DNA from: Candidatus Hydrogenedentota bacterium
Lineage (GTDB): Bacteria > Hydrogenedentota > Hydrogenedentia > Hydrogenedentales > SLHB01
Assembly (NCBI GenBank): GCA_045863295.1
Contig: BTWA01000006.1
Location: 128,697-192,696, forward strand
Direction: 5' to 3'
Length of the DNA stretch: 64,000 nt
Below the pieces are notes generated by a model, which saw nothing but the letters and a program-made list of their open reading frames with translations, was not told the DNA's origin and ran no database searches. Shown here piece by piece: positions 41,760 to 50,782 of the stretch. Position 1 is the stretch's first letter, and each line of letters opens with the position of its first letter. Both the position numbers and the translations under genes were made by a program.

Positions 41760-43559
41760 TTATTCGCTGGAACCCTCGATTGGTGCCAGCGATTCTGCCA
41801 TCCGTATACTGAACTCGCTGCCCTTGTTCAGATTGCTTTCGACGCTTATCTCACCCCCGTGTAACCGGACAATATGTTTTACGATGGCCAAGCCCAGGCC
41901 GGTTCCCCCCAGTTTTCGACTTCGGGCACGGTCCACCCGGTAGAATCGTTCAAATATTCGAGGTATGTGTTCTTGCTCGATTCCGCAGCCCTGATCCCGG
42001 ACCTTTATGTAGACTCCTGCCCCATTTTTATGCGCCTCGACAAAGACTTCTGTACCGTTTTCGCTGTACTTTATGGCGTTTTCCAGTAGGTTTCCCACCG
42101 CCAATTGCAGCAATGACGGATTCATTCTGATCTGCAGTTCCGGATCGGTGTCCACCCGAAGATGGATGTTTTTGCCGGCGGCCATCTGAAGGTATTGTTG
42201 AACCGCGGCTTCCACCACCGGTGCAAGTGGCGCACGTTGAATAACGATTTCGTCGCTGTGGTCGTCCCTCTCCAGCCGTGAGAGGGTCAAGAGGTCTTCA
42301 ATCAGCAAATTCAGCCTTTCGGCCTGCTTTCCGATAATGGTTAAGAATCTCCTGGCGTCGTCTGGGTCTGACATGGCCCCTTCAAGGAGGGTTTCCACAT
42401 AACCTTTAATTGACGTTATGGGCGTTTTCAATTCGTGGGAAACGTTGGCGACGAAATCCTTGCGCGCTTGTTCTAGCCGGCGTAACCGTGTGATGTCGTA
42501 CAAGACGATAAGCACACCAAACGTTCTTCTTTTTGAATCCGTAAGTGGGGTGCCTTGAACACTGAGGACCCGTTCCTGTCGCCTGCGCAGCACGATTTCA
42601 CCCTCGACGGGTTCCATTTTTTCCAGAGCGCGCGTAATCAGGCGGAGCAACTCGGCGTTTCGAATGGCTTCATGTATGGTTCTTCCCAGTACTCTTTCGG
42701 GTTCGATTTCGATCATGCGGGCGGCCGCTGAATTCATACTCAATATTCGTTCGTCCGAGTCAATGGCGAGCACGCCCTCGATCATGGAGGACAAGACCGC
42801 TTCGAGTTCGTTCTTTTGCCGGGTAACGGCGCCCATTCGATCTTCCAACTGGAGCGCCATTCGATTCATGGCATCGGCCAGCCCCCCCATCTCCTCGGAG
42901 TCGGGGACATTTAGCCGGCTGCGCAGGTCCCCCTGTGCAAACCGGTGGGCACCTCGCGTCATTTCCTCGAGCGGCCGGGTAATTCTTCTTGAGACAATCA
43001 AGCTGAGGGGAATGGCAATGATTACGATTACGCCGCAGCCGAATGCGATTTCCCGATAGATGCGTGAGAGAGCGGATACGGCAGTGCCAAACGGCACGGC
43101 GGCGCGAACAGCCGCGATTACTTTGCCGTCCACAACGGCGGGCTTGGCGGCGTACACCATGTGGGTGTTCAACGAGTCACTGAATCGATCGGACTGTGTG
43201 GGAAGACCGGAGAGGGCCCCCCTGATCTCGGGCCGGCCGCTCAGATTTTCGATCGTATTCGGATCCGCCAGGGAATCCGCCACGACTTTGCCGTCGGGCA
43301 AAACAACCGTGATTTGGGTGCCCGATTCGCTTGCAAGCTGCCTGCAAAGGGATTGCAGGGTTTTGAAATCGCCTTCACGCAGAGGTACCAGCAAATGGGG
43401 TATGGCCAAGCTTGCCCTAGCCTCCAGATCCTGGCGGGTTTCATTGAGGTGGAATCCGCGCAACGCCGTGGAGGCGTAAATGCTCAACGCCATCGTGGTT
43501 CCCAGTATGATGACAAGGAACCACGGAAAGAGCTGCCATATGAGCCGGCGCCGCGGCAT
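41760..43559 (-). CDS. phoR: phosphate regulon sensor histidine kinase (PhoR-like, with periplasmic domain)
   Basis: Domain order TM, periplasmic domain, TM, HAMP, PAS, HisKA (SHELKTP), HATPase_c (GGTGLGLAIVKH). It sits immediately downstream of phoB. Confidence 0.8.
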   Translation of the reverse strand: MPRRRLIWQLFPWFLVIILGTTMALSIYASTALRGFHLNETRQDLEARASLAIPHLLVPLREGDFKTLQSLCRQLASESGTQITVVLPDGKVVADSLADPNTIENLSGRPEIRGALSGLPTQSDRFSDSLNTHMVYAAKPAVVDGKVIAAVRAAVPFGTAVSALSRIYREIAFGCGVIVIIAIPLSLIVSRRITRPLEEMTRGAHRFAQGDLRSRLNVPDSEEMGGLADAMNRMALQLEDRMGAVTRQKNELEAVLSSMIEGVLAIDSDERILSMNSAAARMIEIEPERVLGRTIHEAIRNAELLRLITRALEKMEPVEGEIVLRRRQERVLSVQGTPLTDSKRRTFGVLIVLYDITRLRRLEQARKDFVANVSHELKTPITSIKGYVETLLEGAMSDPDDARRFLTIIGKQAERLNLLIEDLLTLSRLERDDHSDEIVIQRAPLAPVVEAAVQQYLQMAAGKNIHLRVDTDPELQIRMNPSLLQLAVGNLLENAIKYSENGTEVFVEAHKNGAGVYIKVRDQGCGIEQEHIPRIFERFYRVDRARSRKLGGTGLGLAIVKHIVRLHGGEISVESNLNKGSEFSIRMAESLAPIEGSSE

Positions 43560-43562
43560 CAG

Positions 43563-44249
43563 CTACTCCTTGAAGCGATACCCCACACCGCGTACCGTTT
43601 CAATATACTGCCCATGACTCCCCAATTTCTTGCGCAATCCGACGATTTGTACGTCCACGGCCCTATCCGTAACAGGATACCCTTCTCCACGCACCGCGTC
43701 CACGATTTGCGATCGCGTGAACACCCAACCGGGTCTTCTTGCCAGGCATTGGAGCACTTTGAACTCCGTAAACGTCAGTTCCACCGGATTTCCTTGTAAT
43801 AGGACTTCGTGCCGGCCAGGATGGATAACCATATCATGAATTCGAAGTGGCGCCTCTTTGTCGGGTATGTCGGCTTTTCTGCGCCGCAGAACCGAATGGA
43901 TACGTGCGAGCAATATCTTGGGACTAAATGGCTTGGTAATGTAGTCGTCCGCACCCAATTCAAGGCCTCGGACTACATCGGATTCCTCTCCCCGCGCCGT
44001 CAACATAACCACGGCCAGATCCTTGGTCTTGGGGTCATTTTTCAGCAAGGTGCATATCTCAAGTCCGTTCAGGCCTGGCAACATCAGGTCCAACACTACA
44101 AGACTTGGCAGCAGTGAACGGGCTTGTTTCAGCGCTTCGCCTCCTGTGGAAACGCAGGTTACCTGAAAACCGGCCTTGGAGAGGTTATATCCAACTAGCT
44201 CCAGGATATCTTCTTCGTCGTCGACCACCAGAATCGTTTCTTTGGGCAT
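43563..44249 (-). CDS. phoB: phosphate regulon response regulator (OmpR/PhoB family)
   Basis: Receiver domain LVVDDE...D54-equivalent...K, then a winged-helix C-terminus ending GVGYRF. Confidence 0.85.
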   Translation of the reverse strand: MPKETILVVDDEEDILELVGYNLSKAGFQVTCVSTGGEALKQARSLLPSLVVLDLMLPGLNGLEICTLLKNDPKTKDLAVVMLTARGEESDVVRGLELGADDYITKPFSPKILLARIHSVLRRRKADIPDKEAPLRIHDMVIHPGRHEVLLQGNPVELTFTEFKVLQCLARRPGWVFTRSQIVDAVRGEGYPVTDRAVDVQIVGLRKKLGSHGQYIETVRGVGYRFKE

Positions 44250-44456
44250 GGCTGTTAAAGGTCTTTCCTTCAATTTCGCGCACATTGGCCACAGTACCTG
44301 CGACGATTCTACGGGTTTGCTGTTAGCGTTCCATTAAAACCGAGGAATTCTATAATTTTAACTGTCATGGCCTCGAATCCTGGGCGATGGCCTCCTTCGG
44401 CTTGCCGAATCGTTTGGCATTTTCTCTCGGCGAACGCTTCCATGTATGATGGTGCT

Positions 44457-45608
44457 ATGAGTAGACATACAAATATCAGCCCCTTCATGTACCTCTATTT
44501 TAGCTTTTTCTTGTTCGCGCTCTTTAGTTGTTCCAACGGGCAAAATGCGCGCTTGAGCGTTTCGGGGCAAATAACGGGAATTACCGTGGGTGCGGGTTCT
44601 CGTGTTGGGGGCCGGGTCTTGGAGGTATTAGTTACGGAAGGCTGCGCAATCAAAAAGGGTGACGTACTCGTACGGCTGCAAAGCGATGAACAGACGGCGC
44701 TTGTTGCCGCGGCAAAGGCGCGGCTGGATCAGGCCGAAGCAACTCTGCTCAAGATTGAGAATGGTGTCCGTCCCGAGGAATTGAAACGCATTGAAGCGGC
44801 CGCCTCCCAAGCCGAAGCGCAATACCTGATGGCGGTCCGGGGCGCGCGAACCGAAGAAATTGAGACCGTTCGCGCAACGGCCGAGGCCGCGCGCGCCAAG
44901 CGAGACCAAGCGAAATCCGATTACGAGCGTGCCAAGAATCTCTACGAGACCAAGGTTATCTCACAACAAATGCATGAGCAGGCACTGCACGCCTTTGAAG
45001 GGGCCGAAAGTCAGTTCAAGGCCGCCATGGAACAGTTGAATCTGGTGTTGAAAGGCACGCGGGATGAGCAAATTGCCATGGCCAAAGCTTCGTGGGATCA
45101 GATTGCCGCGGCGCTTGAAGAAGCCCGGAATGGCGCTCGTGCCGAGGACATTGCAGCGGCCAGGGCGGCCCGCGATCTTGCGAAGGCGGATTTGGACAGG
45201 GCAGAAGTCGTTCTGCGCGAGATGGAAATCCTGGCGCCTCGAGACGGCGTGGCCGAGACCATCGACGTGCACGCGGGCGATCTGGTGAAACCGGGCCCCG
45301 TCGTGGAAATTACCGACCCCGAAGACCTTGAGCTATTGATTTATGTGAGCGCTCTCTATCTGGGCAAGGTCGGGTTGGGTGACGTCGTGGAATTCACCAC
45401 CGACTCTCACGGCGGAGAAACTTTTGAAGGAACGGTCGTTCAGGTGGCAACCGAAGGCGAATTTACACCGCGCAACCTTCAGACCCAGGAGGAGCGCGTA
45501 CAACAGGTCTTTGGCGTCAAGCTCAAGCTAAACTCCAACGGGGGCAAAATACGCGCCGGCATGACGGCCACTGCCCATTTTGATTTTGCCCATGCCAACG
45601 GTCATTGA
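44457..45608 (+). CDS. HlyD/YbhG-type membrane-fusion (periplasmic adaptor) protein
   Basis: N-terminal anchor, a long coiled-coil hairpin and C-terminal beta-barrel/lipoyl-like regions. It is followed by ABC-2 ATPase and permease genes. Confidence 0.7.
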   Translation: MSRHTNISPFMYLYFSFFLFALFSCSNGQNARLSVSGQITGITVGAGSRVGGRVLEVLVTEGCAIKKGDVLVRLQSDEQTALVAAAKARLDQAEATLLKIENGVRPEELKRIEAAASQAEAQYLMAVRGARTEEIETVRATAEAARAKRDQAKSDYERAKNLYETKVISQQMHEQALHAFEGAESQFKAAMEQLNLVLKGTRDEQIAMAKASWDQIAAALEEARNGARAEDIAAARAARDLAKADLDRAEVVLREMEILAPRDGVAETIDVHAGDLVKPGPVVEITDPEDLELLIYVSALYLGKVGLGDVVEFTTDSHGGETFEGTVVQVATEGEFTPRNLQTQEERVQQVFGVKLKLNSNGGKIRAGMTATAHFDFAHANGH

Positions 45609-46539
45609 GACACGCGACCTGACGCGCAAGTTTGGCGCCTTCACGGCCGTAGACCGCGTTACGCTCTCGGTGGAACAAGGAAGCATTTTCGGTTTTCTGG
45701 GTCCCAACGGATCCGGTAAGACGACACTGATTCGGATGTTGTGCGGATTAATCAGTCCAACGAGCGGGGAAGCCGTTGTTCTTGGCAATGACGTAAACCG
45801 CGACAGCGAAAAGGTCAAATCGTCCATAGGATATATGTCGCAACAGTTCAGCTTGTACCGTGACCTGACGGTTATGGAGAACCTGAAGTTTTATGCGCGC
45901 ATTTACTCGGTGCCGCATCGGGACATGTTGAGCCGCATCGAAGATGTAATCGAAATTGTGGGTATTCAGGACTTCCGGAAGCGTCAGGCTTCGAAATTGT
46001 CCGGCGGTTGGAAACAGCGGCTCGCGTTGGCCTGCGCACTTGTTCATCGCCCGCGGCTCTTGTTCCTGGATGAACCCACCGCCGGCATTGACCCAGTTGC
46101 CAGGCGCGCGCTATGGAATCTGTTGTTTGACCTGTCTGGCAAAGGGGTGACGCTGTTTGTGACCACCCACTACATGGACGAAGCCGAACGGTGTTCGCAC
46201 GTGGGGTACATTTACTATTCCAAGTTGATGGTCTGCGGCACTACCAAAGAACTCAAGGAATTGCCCGAGGTTTCGCCTCCTGGATTGGAGCGCCTGGAAG
46301 TGCGGTGCGATCGGCTTGCCACGGCCATGACGTTTTTGCGTGACAAGCCCTACGTGCACGACGCGACAATCTTCGGAGACATGTTGCATGTATTAATGGA
46401 CGAATCCATGCAGGAACACCTTATTCGCGATCTTCTCGATGCAGGATTCGGCCACGCAACCGCCAATGTTATCCCGCCCAACCTTGAGGACGTGTTTGTC
46501 ACTCTGACACGCGCCCGGGACGCGGCCCAACGTGTTTAG
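45592..46539 (+). CDS. ABC transporter ATP-binding protein (ABC-2 type)
   Basis: Walker A GPNGSGKTT, signature LSGGWKQRLAL and Walker B LLFLDEPTAGID. Confidence 0.85.
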   Translation: MPTVIETRDLTRKFGAFTAVDRVTLSVEQGSIFGFLGPNGSGKTTLIRMLCGLISPTSGEAVVLGNDVNRDSEKVKSSIGYMSQQFSLYRDLTVMENLKFYARIYSVPHRDMLSRIEDVIEIVGIQDFRKRQASKLSGGWKQRLALACALVHRPRLLFLDEPTAGIDPVARRALWNLLFDLSGKGVTLFVTTHYMDEAERCSHVGYIYYSKLMVCGTTKELKELPEVSPPGLERLEVRCDRLATAMTFLRDKPYVHDATIFGDMLHVLMDESMQEHLIRDLLDAGFGHATANVIPPNLEDVFVTLTRARDAAQRV

Positions 46540-47647
46540 AGGATTTAGGGCGATAGCCTACAAAGAATCCATACACATTTTGCGTGACCCTCGCACGCTC
46601 TTTTTGATGTTGATCATTCCTGGCATTCAATTGACTGTCTTTGGGTATGCAATTGACCTTGAGGTAAAACACATTCCGACCGTTGTGTACAACCTGGACG
46701 GCCGCGAAGACAGCCACCGTTTGATAGAGAGTTTCGTCAATACGGGCTATTTTGATCTTGTTGCGTACGTATCCTCGGATGACGAATTGGTTTCCCGAAT
46801 CGTACGCAATCAGGCCAAAGTTGGCATCAAGATTCCACCGGATTATTCAGATGGCTTGCTATCCGGACGCGGATCGCAGGTACAAGTGCTTATAGACGGC
46901 AGCGACTCAACCCAGGCCATGCAGGCACTGAACGCTTCGAACGGGATTGCGTTCGAGAAGTCATTCGAATTACTGGCGACGGTGCAGCAGGGCGAAATTC
47001 AGCAACCGATTCAGACCCGTCCCCGCATTCTATTCAATCCGGATATGAAGACGGCGAACTTCATGGTGCCCGGTTTGGTAGGGATTGTCATGCAGGTTGT
47101 GACCATGTTCCTGACCGCGTTTGCCATCGTCCGCGAAAAGGAATTGGGAACACTGGAACAATTGATGGCGACACCGGTATCGAGGCTTGGACTCATGACC
47201 GGAAAATTGGCCCCGTACTGCGTCATCGGTTCTTTCGAAACGTCTGTCGTGTTGCTGCTTATGCGTTTCCTGTTCCAAGTGCCGATTTCCGGTAGCATTC
47301 TCTTGTTGGCGGCGCTCTCCCTGTTGTTCCTGTTTACGGCGCTTGGACTCGGGATCATGGTTTCCACCATTGCATCCACGCAGGTCGAGGCCATGCAACT
47401 GGCGTTTGTCATCATGCTGCCATCGGTGCTCTTGTCGGGATTTATCTTTCCGCAGGAATCGATGCCTTTGCCCATCTATGTAATCGGGAAACTTTTGCCT
47501 GCCACGTATTTTATTCGCATACTCAGGGGGATCATTTTGCGCGGCGCCACGTTTACGGATTTGTACATGGACGCCTTCTGGCTTGCGCTCATCGGGTTCG
47601 TCATTCTGGCCATCAGTACACGGCGCTTCAGGAAGACGCTGGCGTGA
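46532..47647 (+). CDS. ABC-2 family transporter permease
   Basis: The N-terminal TM is followed by a large periplasmic loop and then five TM helices (ABC2_membrane_3 topology). Confidence 0.8.
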   Translation: MFRGFRAIAYKESIHILRDPRTLFLMLIIPGIQLTVFGYAIDLEVKHIPTVVYNLDGREDSHRLIESFVNTGYFDLVAYVSSDDELVSRIVRNQAKVGIKIPPDYSDGLLSGRGSQVQVLIDGSDSTQAMQALNASNGIAFEKSFELLATVQQGEIQQPIQTRPRILFNPDMKTANFMVPGLVGIVMQVVTMFLTAFAIVREKELGTLEQLMATPVSRLGLMTGKLAPYCVIGSFETSVVLLLMRFLFQVPISGSILLLAALSLLFLFTALGLGIMVSTIASTQVEAMQLAFVIMLPSVLLSGFIFPQESMPLPIYVIGKLLPATYFIRILRGIILRGATFTDLYMDAFWLALIGFVILAISTRRFRKTLA

Positions 47648-47879
47648 GGTGGCGCTCTGCGTAAGCGCACTTCTTCACTGCCGTTCTCAGCACCGCAGCA
47701 ACGAACAAGGCTTGCGCAAGGGTCGTTCTGCCCGACAGTTCCGAATTCATTTCAATTCGAGACAAAAGGGAACAGTCGGGACAAAGGGAATGGCTGGTGG
47801 GCTCGAATAACGGATCGTGATTCTCAATCCACTCGTTGTCGTCCCGCACGCGTTTGCATTTACAACACTGAACTGTCAT
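47628..47879 (-). CDS. small Cys-rich protein, possibly DUF1289 family (Fe-S/zinc-ribbon-like)
   Basis: 83-aa ORF MTVQCCKCKRVRDDNEWIENHD...CPDC. The CxC-K-R-x-R-D-x-x-E-W segment resembles the DUF1289 core (CxGCxRxRDExxxW). It overlaps the permease 3' end by 20 nt convergently. Confidence 0.35.
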   Translation of the reverse strand: MTVQCCKCKRVRDDNEWIENHDPLFEPTSHSLCPDCSLLSRIEMNSELSGRTTLAQALFVAAVLRTAVKKCAYAERHLTPASS

Positions 47880-47961
47880 GTTTATGGCCCCGTTAAGACC
47901 GCATCCCACTGTATTTATCGGATTGAATGCTGGAAAGCTTGAGTTCGAGGAGTTTCCGCCT

Positions 47962-48378
47962 ATGTATCCGCATTGGAATCGCACCCCATCGACGGAAGTC
48001 GAGTGGTTCGAGGCACTTGCAAGCCTTGCGCGATATTTGAGAGGCCCGGATGGATGCCCCTGGGACCGGGAACAATCCTCGTCGGATTTTGCCCGGTACG
48101 CGGTGGAAGAGGCCCGCGAATGGCAGGACTCATACGAAAGGGGCGACAACCGGCACATTGAAGAGGAATTTGGCGATACCTTATTTGTCATGTTGGCGGC
48201 GGCCGCCGCTGCCGAAGAAGAAGGTCGGTTCAATCTGAAGAATGCCATGGTTCGGGCTCATGAGAAAATGATCCGGCGCCATGAACATGTATTTGGCGAG
48301 GAAAAAGCCTCGACGCCGGAGGAGGCTATTGCCATGTGGAACCGCATCAAGGCTAAGGAAAAGGAGCAATCCGCATGA
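47962..48378 (+). CDS. MazG-family nucleoside triphosphate pyrophosphohydrolase
   Basis: EExxE-type motif region EAREWQD....EEEFGDTLF, which is characteristic of MazG/all-alpha NTP-PPase. Confidence 0.6.
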   Translation: MYPHWNRTPSTEVEWFEALASLARYLRGPDGCPWDREQSSSDFARYAVEEAREWQDSYERGDNRHIEEEFGDTLFVMLAAAAAAEEEGRFNLKNAMVRAHEKMIRRHEHVFGEEKASTPEEAIAMWNRIKAKEKEQSA

Positions 48379-48776
48379 AGCTCACAGTGATAAGCGCCTT
48401 TTTGGCATCTTCGGTATTGCTGGGATGCGGAAACCCGGTGCCCCCGGAGCCGTCCAGCCCGGAACCGGACGTGACTGAGGCCACGAGTGTGGAGACTGCG
48501 CCGGAGCCGCCTGCGGAGCCTCAGCTGACTGACGCACTTGCAGGAACTACGTGGTCTGCCGGCGATTTCACGTTGACGTTTGGAAGCGATGGTACGGTCG
48601 TGATTCACGGGGGTTCATTTGCGAGTCTGTCTCCGGATGGGGCCCCTATTTCATACACACTCTCGGCCGAGGGGGAGTTAGTGATTGGCGAATCAGAATC
48701 CACGGTAAATGTTGGGCGTGTTGACGAAGGCCAATTGAAGATCGATGGAGTAGCGGTAGTCAAACAGCCGATGTAA
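48375..48776 (+). CDS. hypothetical lipoprotein
   Basis: Lipobox LASSVLLGC followed by Pro/Glu-rich linker then small beta domain. Confidence 0.45.
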   Translation: MKLTVISAFLASSVLLGCGNPVPPEPSSPEPDVTEATSVETAPEPPAEPQLTDALAGTTWSAGDFTLTFGSDGTVVIHGGSFASLSPDGAPISYTLSAEGELVIGESESTVNVGRVDEGQLKIDGVAVVKQPM

Positions 48777-48832
48777 TGCAGTATTGGCCGGACTGTTTTG
48801 AGGTTCGGCCGGGACGTCAGGAGTAGGAATCC

Positions 48833-50206
48833 ATGTTTCGACAAATCTGTGTGCATGCACTAGCGATGGCTTTGGCAGGAACGACCACGTTCGCCCAAGA
48901 GCCGGCCAGTTCTTCCAAGGCCAAGAACGTTATTTTTCTCATAGCCGATGGCTGGGGCTTCAACCATATAGAGGCAACCAATTACTTTCAGTTCGGAGAG
49001 TTGGGTCATCAACCGTACGAAACTGGATTTGAGAAACTTGGAATGTCCACTTTCTCCATTAATGGCGGCTACGATGTCGACCAAGCGTGGAGCAGCTACG
49101 AGTATTTCAAATTGAAAGCGGCGGATTCCGCGGCAACCGCCACGACGATGTCATCCGGCGTAAAGACGCTCGACGGCCGGATAGGAGTCGATGCCGAGGG
49201 GAAACCGGTTCGGGGCATTGTTGAGCACGCCCACGATTTGGGGAAGGCGACCGGTGTAATTACGACGGTGCAGATGAGTCACGCGACTCCGGCTGCTTTT
49301 GCTTCGCACAACGATGCGCGGAAGAATTACGAGCAAATTGGCCATGAAATGATCCAGGAAAGCAAGATCAACGTATTGATGGGGGCGGGACATCCTTACT
49401 TTGACAATGACGGAAAGCTCATCGCCACCCAGGAGGCCGATGGCAGCTGGACTACAAAGGGCAAGTATGACGTGGTGGGGGGTATTGCTACCTGGCAACA
49501 GGTCGTAGAAGGCAAGGCAGGCGCGGACATTGACGGTGACGGCGAGGCCGATCCTTGGATGTTAATTGATTCTCGAGAAGAGTTTCAAAAAATGGCGACC
49601 GGAGATACACCGAAGCGGGTTCTGGGGATTGCGCCGGTGCCGGAAACCTTGCAGGCTTCGCGTACGGGCGTCGATGATAAGCGCGAGGATGACCTGCCGT
49701 ACCAGACTCCGCTTCTGGAGACGTCACCCACCGCTGCGGAGATGATAGCGGCCGCTTTGAATGTGCTTGATAACAACGACAAGGGTTTTGTACTGGTGGC
49801 GGAATCCGGCGGTGCGGTGGATTGGGCCTCGCACGCGAATGCGATGGGCCGCATGATCGAGGAAATGGCGGCCTTTGGCGATGCCGTGCAGGCTGTGACG
49901 CAGTGGGTGGAGAGCAACAGCAATTGGGATGAAACACTGGTGATAGTGACCGGAGATCACGAATGTGGCTATCTCTGGGGCGAAGGTTCGGATCCCGATT
50001 GGATACCCATACAAAACAAAGGTAAGGGGAATTTGCCGGGATTTAAATGGGGCAAGACAAGCCACTCGAATCATCTCATACCTTGTTTTGTCCGGGGCGC
50101 GGGTTCGGACGCCGTTGTGGCATTGGCGGATCAGACCGATAAGCGCGTGGGCAAGTTTCTGGATAATGCAGAACTGGGAAAGGTCTTGTTTGAGGTTCTG
50201 AAATAG
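48833..50206 (+). CDS. phoA: alkaline phosphatase (PhoA family), secreted
   Basis: Signal peptide. DGWG (Asp-metal site), the Ser nucleophile region DSAATATT (DS[AG]), and the C-terminal metal ligands DHE and SHSNH. Confidence 0.8.
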   Translation: MFRQICVHALAMALAGTTTFAQEPASSSKAKNVIFLIADGWGFNHIEATNYFQFGELGHQPYETGFEKLGMSTFSINGGYDVDQAWSSYEYFKLKAADSAATATTMSSGVKTLDGRIGVDAEGKPVRGIVEHAHDLGKATGVITTVQMSHATPAAFASHNDARKNYEQIGHEMIQESKINVLMGAGHPYFDNDGKLIATQEADGSWTTKGKYDVVGGIATWQQVVEGKAGADIDGDGEADPWMLIDSREEFQKMATGDTPKRVLGIAPVPETLQASRTGVDDKREDDLPYQTPLLETSPTAAEMIAAALNVLDNNDKGFVLVAESGGAVDWASHANAMGRMIEEMAAFGDAVQAVTQWVESNSNWDETLVIVTGDHECGYLWGEGSDPDWIPIQNKGKGNLPGFKWGKTSHSNHLIPCFVRGAGSDAVVALADQTDKRVGKFLDNAELGKVLFEVLK

Positions 50207-50225
50207 CCTCGGTGCATGTATTTGG

Positions 50226-50266
50226 AGACGCCACCTGGACGGCCGGGTGGCGTTCTCTTTTTACTC
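50226..50266. terminator. bidirectional rho-independent terminator between phoA and the convergent 50261..50746 gene
   Basis: gacgccacc-tggacggccg-ggtggcgtt followed by ctcttttt. Confidence 0.6.
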
Positions 50267-50746
50267 TACTGCAATAACTGCTTCTTGATCAGAGTCACGA
50301 AATAAACCCGCGAACCTCAGATTGAGCAACAACAAGAGTGCCATAGGCGGGATCATCCTGGGAATTTGCATAACCAGACCTCCTGGTCCCTGCACGAAAC
50401 TGAATACAAGAGCATTCGCAATGACCAAAATGCCCGTCATGTTGCCAAGGTAGAATCCCAACCAACGATTACGCAACAGCAGTCCGATGCCGGTTACGAT
50501 ATACAACGCCGATGTAACGCCGCCAGACACAAAATCGTAGGCTGTCGGCTTTGGGAGCGGAGGATCCGTTTCCAACGAAACGGCATTTTCGCCGGTTGGC
50601 GATTGCGGTAGGGTTGCCTGTTCCGGCATGGGAGTCATGGCACTCATCATGACCAGACCCAAAACGCCCATCAGACCAAGAATCAGACATAGCACGGCGA
50701 GTAGATACAAACCGCCCGGGGTTGGAATTGCCTGTTGGTTCGTCAT
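50261..50746 (-). CDS. hypothetical membrane protein
   Basis: Four predicted TM helices and a central Pro-rich loop. No identifiable family. Confidence 0.4.
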   Translation of the reverse strand: MTNQQAIPTPGGLYLLAVLCLILGLMGVLGLVMMSAMTPMPEQATLPQSPTGENAVSLETDPPLPKPTAYDFVSGGVTSALYIVTGIGLLLRNRWLGFYLGNMTGILVIANALVFSFVQGPGGLVMQIPRMIPPMALLLLLNLRFAGLFRDSDQEAVIAVE

Positions 50747-50782
50747 CGGACTAACCCTGGACAAACGAATGGCGGAACACTT

